Shown here one piece after another: positions 56,760 through 64,000 of a DNA stretch of 64,000 bases. Position 1 is the stretch's first letter. Each line of letters opens with the position of its first letter. The notes under the pieces are model-generated. The model was not told where the DNA came from. It did no database searches and worked only from the letters and a program-made list of their open reading frames with translations. Source of the stretch: a virus; the UHGV virus genome UHGV-0305822, one strand, 5' to 3'. A program made the translations under genes and the position numbers.

Positions 56760-57505
56760 TTTGCCTTAAGCGCTTTTAAGCGTTCGGCAGTAACGTTCAG
56801 GCATTCGATTAACTCGTTAACCTGTTTCATGAACAGACCAAACAGCTCCACCCAATCGGACGCAAAATCTAACATCATCGTCAGTTCTTTTGCTACATTC
56901 GGATGAATGTTTTGTTCAGACAAGATTTCCGACGTAGTGCGAATGGACTCGATTGACTTGTCGATGTTCGTCCGTAAACGTTTCGTAATTTCAACGTTCA
57001 GGGCTTTAGCACGATTGAACGCAACGTCAATCTCAGACGCGCTGTGGTACGTCTTCTCAATTGGTCGCTGGTCAATAACGTTATTAGTGTACGATTTCGC
57101 TAATAAGTTAACCAGGTCTTTCGGGTTAACATTACGTAACGGCAAATTAACGTTTTTATAACGGAAACCAATCGGTAATGACAGTACCCCCACATCATGT
57201 GTAAGGGCCGAAAGTTGTTTATCGACCGGCAGCAGAATACCCGTATAGATGTTTTGTAGTGAACTCCATACGGATTCTAAGCGGTTCAAGTGATCCATCA
57301 CGTAGGTATTAAACCCAGGTGGGACGATAACCAACATTCCCGCAAAGTGTAGGAATTTTTCTTGTTGCATCCACTTGGAAACGTCCGACATCTCGTCATA
57401 AGTGGTTAATGCAATCTCTTGTTGAGGGCCGCTAAACCCTTTCGGTAAGATTGCAGACGCTTTAGCGGCGAAGCTAGATAACGCTGCAAGTGGATTTACA
57501 TTCAT
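56750..57505 (-). CDS. hypothetical protein (251 aa)
   Basis: Isolated minus-strand ORF between plus-strand blocks. Confidence 0.5.
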   Translation of the reverse strand: MNVNPLAALSSFAAKASAILPKGFSGPQQEIALTTYDEMSDVSKWMQQEKFLHFAGMLVIVPPGFNTYVMDHLNRLESVWSSLQNIYTGILLPVDKQLSALTHDVGVLSLPIGFRYKNVNLPLRNVNPKDLVNLLAKSYTNNVIDQRPIEKTYHSASEIDVAFNRAKALNVEITKRLRTNIDKSIESIRTTSEILSEQNIHPNVAKELTMMLDFASDWVELFGLFMKQVNELIECLNVTAERLKALKANKK

Positions 57506-57603
57506 TCTAAAACCTCGGATTATAAGTCAGGGTTACATAGTAAAGTCTTTTTACAGTTCACCCAAACCTTATGACCGAGACTCTTCCATAAAGGTAAAGC
57601 TCG

Positions 57604-57903
57604 ATGAAAATCAAATTACTGACTCGAAACACCACACCGCGTTTAGAACCGGAAATTTATCTGACGCCTGTTAAAAAAGGTCAGAACGGTAAACCTATTC
57701 AAGTTGGAAAAGTCTTGAGCGTAACGTCGTGCCCGAGCGGTAAACGTGTTATGGAACTGGAAATTGACGAGCGTAACAAACGCCGTTTCGAGTCTATTGA
57801 AAACCCTTATCCTGAAAATGCGGAAGAAGTTACTGAGTGGGTAGAGACCTACTTTGAATTCTGGCACAACCGCCGTCTTCTTCTTCCGACCAAGAATCGT
57901 TAA
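57604..57903 (+). CDS. hypothetical protein (99 aa)
   Basis: ATG-initiated ORF upstream of recombinase-like gene. Confidence 0.45.
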   Translation: MKIKLLTRNTTPRLEPEIYLTPVKKGQNGKPIQVGKVLSVTSCPSGKRVMELEIDERNKRRFESIENPYPENAEEVTEWVETYFEFWHNRRLLLPTKNR

Positions 57904-57918
57904 TTATCGGAGCGCTAA

Positions 57919-59415
57919 ATGGCAGGCCCAACTAAGCAAGTTATCGGTGAAGTAATTCGTCCACGTTTTAACGTTTACACCATCATGGATCATGCCTTAG
58001 GTAACTACGAAAAAGGTGAAGATGGTTTGTACTACCTTAACGGTGGTTTTGCCCACATCATGGGTTTCGCAGGTCGCGGTAACACCTTTAAATCCACCTT
58101 GTTAGATTTCTGTATTTTCCAAATCCTGCAACGTTATAAAGCAGAGTGGGGTTCTAAGTACGATACAGAAGTGTCCGCTGCCCTCGATCGTTTAGAAACT
58201 GGGTACATCTCTGCCATGAACGCCAACGGTATCGACGACGGAACATCCGTACTGGAGCTTATCCACGAAGGTCGTTATAACCTGGTCGGTTCTGACGTAA
58301 TGCCCGGGGAACAGTATTACAGTGATTATATTCGTGATGAAGTTGAAAAACGCTTCAAACAGTATATGTCTGGTAAGACCCGCGTAACACCGTTCCCCGA
58401 TCCGGTTCGTCGTAAGTTAAAAGAAATCCTGGACCCCTGGCTTTATTCTATCGACTCCCTGTCAGAGTGGCATTCCAGTTCGCTGGAAGACAAGCACGCA
58501 AAAACGGATATCGGGGATTCTGATCAGAACATCCTGAACGCCCACGATGCGCTGCAAAAATCGAATATGATGAGCCGCTGGCCGTCTGCGTTTGCACGCG
58601 GTGGTTTTTACATGGGCTTCGTGGCACAGATGGCCGATGACTCTGGGAAAGCGATGGCGGGTGGCCGACAGGCACAAAAAGCAAATGCGAAAATTCTCGA
58701 CGACGCCAACGACGATCTAAAATTCGCAGGTATTCCTCGCCGTCAGCTTAGCTTCTTAACAAACTCTTTTATCGTCGCGACGAAATCAGGGGAACTGAAG
58801 AAAGACCAGAGCTATAACGCACAGACCGGTGTTAACGAAGAACTTTATCCGACGTCACGTTCTAAAGCGATGAATGCGTCGGTAAACGACTTGAAGATTA
58901 TCACCTTTACCCAGTATCGTGCGAAGGGTGGTCACACCGGTGTGAAATTCCAGATGATCTTCTCTCAGGAAATGGGTCTGTTGTATCACCTGAGCCTGTG
59001 GCATTATTTAAGTGACACGCTGAAGAAGTCAGACTTTGGTTTCACATCAAGCGGTAGTGGAGGTTCCATCAAAGAACTTGACATTCTACCTGGTGTGAAA
59101 TTCCAACGCACGACAATCCGTGATATGATTTCTGATAACGCACGCTTACGTCGCGCTTTAGAAATCACTGCGGCAATTGCGTATATGCAAAACAACTACC
59201 ATCGTCTTGAAATGAAGTATCATCTCAGCATGGGTGAGATTTACAAACTGATTGACGAGAAGTGGGACTGGAATGAAATTCTGGATAACACGGTAGAATA
59301 CTGGATGTTTAAAGACCAGGAAACCAAAGGCGGTAAACGTACACTGACTGCACGTACCATTCTGGGTATGGCTGTTGATGGACTAGAACCGAAGTTCCTG
59401 ACGAAAAAGAAATAA
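57919..59415 (+). CDS. RecA-superfamily recombinase candidate (UvsX-like)
   Basis: GGFAHIMGFAGRGNTFKSTLL parallels the unusual T4 UvsX P-loop region (GG..SGL.ILAGPSKSFKSN) recalled from memory; not a canonical GxxxxGK[ST]. Confidence 0.35.
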   Translation: MAGPTKQVIGEVIRPRFNVYTIMDHALGNYEKGEDGLYYLNGGFAHIMGFAGRGNTFKSTLLDFCIFQILQRYKAEWGSKYDTEVSAALDRLETGYISAMNANGIDDGTSVLELIHEGRYNLVGSDVMPGEQYYSDYIRDEVEKRFKQYMSGKTRVTPFPDPVRRKLKEILDPWLYSIDSLSEWHSSSLEDKHAKTDIGDSDQNILNAHDALQKSNMMSRWPSAFARGGFYMGFVAQMADDSGKAMAGGRQAQKANAKILDDANDDLKFAGIPRRQLSFLTNSFIVATKSGELKKDQSYNAQTGVNEELYPTSRSKAMNASVNDLKIITFTQYRAKGGHTGVKFQMIFSQEMGLLYHLSLWHYLSDTLKKSDFGFTSSGSGGSIKELDILPGVKFQRTTIRDMISDNARLRRALEITAAIAYMQNNYHRLEMKYHLSMGEIYKLIDEKWDWNEILDNTVEYWMFKDQETKGGKRTLTARTILGMAVDGLEPKFLTKKK

Positions 59416-59459
59416 ATAGGCTCGGGTAGGGTAAACCCTACCCGACCTAAGGAGTCATC

Positions 59460-59759
59460 ATGCGTTATCAAACGGAGATTGTGGAACGCTTAAGTGAAGG
59501 ATTGGCAAGTGTTAATTTAGAAACAGCGGCCGAATTTCGTGAAGCCTTCACTCACCCGTTTCCCGATCTGGAATCCTTTTGTTTAAAGGTCGCTGAGTAT
59601 TACTCGAATCTATTAGTACGTTACGGGTATGCGCCAGTACGTTCCGAACTTCCTGAAAACACGGAAGCTATCAGCTACTGGATTGACCTGCTTGAAGCAG
59701 AAACGTTATCCAATTTACGTAAGGCGGTAGACAATGAAACTCGAACCAGCGCGGCGTAA
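59460..59759 (+). CDS. hypothetical protein (99 aa)
   Basis: ATG after TAAGGAG. Confidence 0.45.
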   Translation: MRYQTEIVERLSEGLASVNLETAAEFREAFTHPFPDLESFCLKVAEYYSNLLVRYGYAPVRSELPENTEAISYWIDLLEAETLSNLRKAVDNETRTSAA

Positions 59760-60402
59760 AAAGGCGGAAGCCTACGCCTTACAAATCTTAAAGTTGGTAG
59801 ACCCTTCTGGCATTAATGCCGAAGCCGCGAAGAAAGCCTTCGCACGAATGACCGACGAACAGTTTAACCGACTTCGTAACGGTTTGCCTATTTACAACCC
59901 GGTGGGAAGTAAAGTCGAAATTGACCACCTGCGCAATATCGAGGTGTGCAAAATTCTCGGGGTAAACCTGGAGCAACGACTCTGGTTAACAGAACCAAAA
60001 ACGGGTGTTTATCACCGTACTCGTTACCCTCACTTAGTCTTACGCTTGCCTGTCCGTCGTCAGACACAGATGCAAGAAAAGAAAATGGCGGTTGCGAAAA
60101 ACGACAAAGTTCGCGATAAGCTCTCCGGTCAAGTCGTCGGACCTTCCAAAGCATCCGGGGTGTCCTTCCCAGAGGCATACATCATGTACTCCGATGGTCA
60201 CGACTGGACACTGAAAGAGTTCTTGTGGGCGCGTGGTGGTAACGACGCACTACAACGTGCTTTCTATCAATCGCTGCGCCAAACCGGTAAAGGGCGTATT
60301 GATTTGCCTGGAGCGGAGCGAACAAGTTCTAAAGCAACGCGTACGTGGTCGGCGTACCTAAAAGCGATGCATATCGGTAACAACATAGGCCATCCGTCAT
60401 GA
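59734..60402 (+). CDS. hypothetical protein (222 aa)
   Basis: ORF overlapping upstream gene end. Confidence 0.45.
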   Translation: MKLEPARRKKAEAYALQILKLVDPSGINAEAAKKAFARMTDEQFNRLRNGLPIYNPVGSKVEIDHLRNIEVCKILGVNLEQRLWLTEPKTGVYHRTRYPHLVLRLPVRRQTQMQEKKMAVAKNDKVRDKLSGQVVGPSKASGVSFPEAYIMYSDGHDWTLKEFLWARGGNDALQRAFYQSLRQTGKGRIDLPGAERTSSKATRTWSAYLKAMHIGNNIGHPS

Positions 60403-61121
60403 GATTATCTCGGCGTTTCTTAATCGATATTGATACGTTATTTGATACGCGTTTAGGTTGGGTAAAAGCCGTTAAGCCTGAAAGCTTAGCATTGCTAGAC
60501 TACGATGTTTATCGTCGTCGCTATACAGAAGCTTGGGCTGGCGTACTTGGATTTGAAAAATGGGATGAAGAGTGGCGGAAGCGGGATAAGCGCGCGTTGA
60601 TTAATGCGCAACCTACTGAATTATTGGCAACAATGAAAAACGAATTCGAGTGTATGTTGCTTGAAATCGAAATGCATTCGCCAATTGAAAAACCCACCCT
60701 GACCATCAATACGTGGCCTTATACGGATTTAACAGGCGAAGAACTTCAAGCCTTTTTGAATCTGTTTCGGATGTACTACAATAACGTACAAGTTGAATTG
60801 GTGTCTTGGTCGTTAGAAGATCTCACACCGGGGAGATTGTCGTTGGCGTGGGATTGCTGGATAATGTACGATTGGTTCGAGTGGATTAAGCTTAACGCTA
60901 CGCACTTGAAAAAACCAATTCCGAGCTTTACCATCACACACCCTGCCATGCTCACACCAGAACTGACCGGAGTGTTGGTTGAACAAATCAAACAAGACGG
61001 CGTTAACCCGTTTAAGGAACATATCCGGTTTATGGCAGAGTGGGTCGGTGTCGACCCACGAGATGCCGCTTTATTTAGTCTTGCTCGCCCTGCTCAGGAC
61101 GTGCAAACGCCGCCGTCATAA
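60399..61121 (+). CDS. hypothetical protein (240 aa)
   Basis: ATGA overlap with upstream stop. Confidence 0.5.
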   Translation: MRLSRRFLIDIDTLFDTRLGWVKAVKPESLALLDYDVYRRRYTEAWAGVLGFEKWDEEWRKRDKRALINAQPTELLATMKNEFECMLLEIEMHSPIEKPTLTINTWPYTDLTGEELQAFLNLFRMYYNNVQVELVSWSLEDLTPGRLSLAWDCWIMYDWFEWIKLNATHLKKPIPSFTITHPAMLTPELTGVLVEQIKQDGVNPFKEHIRFMAEWVGVDPRDAALFSLARPAQDVQTPPS

Positions 61122-61539
61122 TGGACTTAACATCGATTTGTTCACCTACTGGTGCCAGCTCCCCTTCTGTTACTTCAACATCAGGAATAACAGGAACGGG
61201 GGGCTGGTAGCCCTGGGTTTCTTCGATTTCCTCATCGTGACGACGTATTTTGATATTACCACGTTGCATGAGGATGCTATTAAGTGCATTCGCCAAATCT
61301 TGGTTAGCTTCGCTGTTTTTCTGTGCAGCAGCGACGCGACGTTTGGAAATGATTTGTTTATCGACGTCGTTAAGCAAAGACCCCAGCCGGTCTACCGTTT
61401 TCAAGTCTTTGTGTGCTTGAGGATCGTCTAAGATGAGATTCACAATCCGTACACGGGCTTGTTGCGTTTGGCGGAGAAGCGATTCTTCGTCGTCCACATC
61501 TCCATCAAACGCCTGATATTTCACTTCTTCGTCAGCCAT
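61075..61539 (-). CDS. acidic hypothetical protein (154 aa)
   Basis: Minus-strand ORF with GAGGT RBS 8 nt upstream of ATG; 47-nt convergent overlap with 60399..61121. Confidence 0.4.
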   Translation of the reverse strand: MADEEVKYQAFDGDVDDEESLLRQTQQARVRIVNLILDDPQAHKDLKTVDRLGSLLNDVDKQIISKRRVAAAQKNSEANQDLANALNSILMQRGNIKIRRHDEEIEETQGYQPPVPVIPDVEVTEGELAPVGEQIDVKSIMTAAFARPEQGEQD

Positions 61540-61610
61540 TCTTACTACCTCAATTTCAAAAAGAAGTCAGACAGATATTATCTACGTGAGACATTCTTTA
61601 GGAGTGAATT

Positions 61611-62159
61611 ATGTTAACAGGAATAATAACTCGTTTTAAACAACGGTTAGAGAATAATCGTTTAAAAGCCCTCAGAGAGTCTCTGAAGCAGGAGTTCCAT
61701 AAGAACACCCACAACCCCTATGTCAGAGTCTTTACCGGCTTACAATTGCTTACGTTGCCTTTAAACATAAATGAAGAACCTTTTCGTCCCAGCCTTCGCG
61801 GTTTCCTCGAATTGCGTATTAATAACATTGACCTCGTTTATCAACGTTTGGCATTTCTCATTAATGAATACCAACGAGCAATTAACAGGAGTTCAATAGA
61901 ATGGCTACCATTACCTGATGCTTTAAATAAACGAAACGACTTGGCGGAATACCGATGGCTAGACACTTATTTTGGGACGTCCAGTCCTGAGGTTGCCGCT
62001 TATAAGCTGGGTAAATTACTCGCGCTAATTCAACCCTATGAATCGGCGTTCCTTAAACCGGAGTCCGACGAAGACAAAGCGCTGGTAAATCAAACAGCGC
62101 ATTTATTCCGGGAGTTGGAAACGTTGATTGAACACTACCTTTTAGAACGTCCTATTTAA
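61611..62159 (+). CDS. hypothetical protein (182 aa)
   Basis: ATG after TTAGGAGTGAATT. Confidence 0.5.
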   Translation: MLTGIITRFKQRLENNRLKALRESLKQEFHKNTHNPYVRVFTGLQLLTLPLNINEEPFRPSLRGFLELRINNIDLVYQRLAFLINEYQRAINRSSIEWLPLPDALNKRNDLAEYRWLDTYFGTSSPEVAAYKLGKLLALIQPYESAFLKPESDEDKALVNQTAHLFRELETLIEHYLLERPI

Positions 62160-62192
62160 TAAACCAGTAACCCCTTGTAACAAGGTGATGTG

Positions 62193-63035
62193 ATGGATAG
62201 CAAAAAAGTAAGTGTGGTCGTGGACGCTGAAGACGAACGTGCAGGCGGACCACTTCAAACACTATATTGGAATTATAAAGAATTGATCGGGTGGAAGCCT
62301 TCGGATTATAAACTCGCCGTCGCCAAACATATTCTGTCTCCAGAATTTAAAACACGTTCAAAAGCAACGATGGACGATCGAATACAACGTATCTCCACGA
62401 AGCTGAGTTCAGGTAACATCCCTGCACTACCTGTCGATCTTACCTGGCGAGGTTTTACAGAAGGGTTGGTGATTACCGGAGTGGAAACACTGCGGATTTG
62501 TGTAACCACTTACCGAGGACACTTCAAAACAAAAACCGTATCTGAAATTACCACACGCGTGCGTGAAGATCTCGCTCGGGATTTGTTCGAAGATAACGAC
62601 GAACGACCTAAAGAGTCTGCAACTGCGCAATTGAACCGTTATTTCCAGAACTGTGGTGAGACCGCAAAGATGATGGTACATCCGTTATCTCGGCTAACTT
62701 GGACTATCTTCGCAAACATGAAAATGAATGCGGACTGGTGGTACCGTCTTTCCACAAACTTCGTTAACGATCCTGCTAACTGTGAGCAGACGCCGTCGAA
62801 ACGAAATGATTTGCGGCACAACATGCAGCACAATCTAAGGTTAAAAAAGAAGTTTTCCTGGAAATGGTTTATGAGGGTACTCAAGGCAATTGATGTTCGT
62901 AGTTTCGAAATCCTTCTGACCTTAAGGCGTCAGAAAGACAATAAAATCTACGAAGTTCAGGTCACGGTAAACCTTGACGAATACCAAATTGGAGACCAGA
63001 ATGAAAATCGACCAAATAACCAGTCAGATAAATAA
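62193..63035 (+). CDS. hypothetical protein (~280 aa)
   Basis: GTG-ATG tandem start. Confidence 0.5.
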   Translation: MDSKKVSVVVDAEDERAGGPLQTLYWNYKELIGWKPSDYKLAVAKHILSPEFKTRSKATMDDRIQRISTKLSSGNIPALPVDLTWRGFTEGLVITGVETLRICVTTYRGHFKTKTVSEITTRVREDLARDLFEDNDERPKESATAQLNRYFQNCGETAKMMVHPLSRLTWTIFANMKMNADWWYRLSTNFVNDPANCEQTPSKRNDLRHNMQHNLRLKKKFSWKWFMRVLKAIDVRSFEILLTLRRQKDNKIYEVQVTVNLDEYQIGDQNENRPNNQSDK

Positions 63036-64000
63036 AGGTCAGTCAGCAATCGATAATTCCGTTAATACGGCAAAGAACGCCGCAAACCGCGTACAATCGA
63101 CGGTGGAGAATGCGGAGCGTGGTATTAAAAGCACGGTCGATAGCGTCAACCGATTATCAGAACGTGCTGGTGAAACATTCAACAAACTGATTGGCGGTGG
63201 TAACGAACTGACCAGCAAAATTGGTAACCTTTTTGGCGGTAGCGATACCGCCAGTGTTGGGGGGAGTAAGACTGCGGGGAGTTCGGCTTCCGGTGTATCT
63301 CCAGGACAAAAGGTTCCCGGTTTTGCATCTAATACCAAAGAAACACTTCCTGTCCTCGATCCACAAAAGCGTGACGTTTCTGAACCTTTTAAGAAAAAGG
63401 ATGAAGATGGTCTAAAAGCGCTAGACTACCTAAGTCCGGGTGGGATGGGGAAACTGTTAAATAAAGGGTGGGACAGCATCGGCAGCTTAACCGACTCTGT
63501 TTTATCAGGTATCGGCACCGACTTTAACTCAGTGAAAAAACGTCTCGAAGGGACGATGAACATTGCTGGGCAACTGGCTAAACTCCCCTCGGAAGTTAGT
63601 CAAGAAGTCAACGGCTTTATGTCCGAAGTTAACAGTATGCGTTATCAAATCACCTCGATCGTTGATGACGTACAGCATACTTTCGACAGCTACAAAGACT
63701 TAGACGACTTCTTAGCCATCGATAACCTGATTAACAGCTTTAAAGGCAGCAACAGTTTCTCCACGTTAGACATTAATACCTCTTCAGCATTGATTTATGG
63801 CCTGTCTACCAAACTGAACAGTTATGGCTTACCGGCTAAAATCGAACCGATGCTTCAAGCGATTACTGATGCACAAGCGAAAGAGGTACTGTACGGCGAG
63901 CTGATGATTCAGGCGGCAGCGACAGGTAATCTGGATTCAACGGAATACTATCTAGATAAACTCCAACCGGGGCAAGGGACTCAGATCGCAACCACCGTTA
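63001..64000 (+). CDS. hypothetical protein, 3'-truncated at window edge (Gly/Ser-rich N-terminus; possible structural protein)
   Basis: ATG at 63001; frame open with no stop to position 64000; not in ORF track because incomplete. Confidence 0.5.
   Translation, partial: MKIDQITSQINKGQSAIDNSVNTAKNAANRVQSTVENAERGIKSTVDSVNRLSERAGETFNKLIGGGNELTSKIGNLFGGSDTASVGGSKTAGSSASGVSPGQKVPGFASNTKETLPVLDPQKRDVSEPFKKKDEDGLKALDYLSPGGMGKLLNKGWDSIGSLTDSVLSGIGTDFNSVKKRLEGTMNIAGQLAKLPSEVSQEVNGFMSEVNSMRYQITSIVDDVQHTFDSYKDLDDFLAIDNLINSFKGSNSFSTLDINTSSALIYGLSTKLNSYGLPAKIEPMLQAITDAQAKEVLYGELMIQAAATGNLDSTEYYLDKLQPGQGTQIATTV

Noticed and set aside
60979-61431. Plus-strand ORF overlapping minus-strand 61075..61539
   Set aside because: No RBS and Cys/Phe-rich low-quality translation; the minus-strand ORF has a GAGGT RBS, though its own reality is only moderate.
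1-64000. CRISPR arrays, tRNA or rRNA genes
   Set aside because: No regularly spaced direct repeats with unique spacers and no tRNA T-loop/acceptor-like structures found in intergenic regions; the only strong tandem repeats are the codon repeats inside the Cys-rich genes.

Overview
This window reads as a densely packed, phage-like genome segment (likely a large tailed phage of an enterobacterial-type host, judged from gene content; no database search was possible). Every call rests on motifs read by eye from the supplied translations. From left to right it contains: (1) a peptidoglycan-hydrolase cassette (GH108-type lysozyme, DUF1353-like protein, M15-like peptidase) with a convergent lipoprotein gene; (2) a four-member paralogous family of small proteins; (3) a long minus-strand structural block with four tail-fibre-like genes (401, 1727, 1401 and 1440 aa); (4) the most striking element, immediately downstream of the fibres: three tandem genes encoding an N-terminal leader-like segment followed by extreme Cys-Ser-Gly repeats, then an unknown 299-aa gene and two radical SAM enzymes (one with a SPASM-type C-terminal Cys cluster), all translationally coupled and bounded by terminators; (5) a plus-strand block with several paralog arrays, five consecutive signal-peptide proteins (one Ivy-like), a Rad50/SbcC-like ATPase with a CPQC zinc hook, a GNAT-like gene, a TARG1/DarG-like macrodomain, a secreted lytic transglycosylase, a DEDDh exonuclease, an RNase HI fusion and a UvsX-like recombinase. 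The window starts and ends inside genes. I found no rRNA, tRNA or CRISPR arrays. Many ORF-track starts use TTG/GTG; where an in-frame ATG with a Shine-Dalgarno sits just downstream I give the adjusted start.
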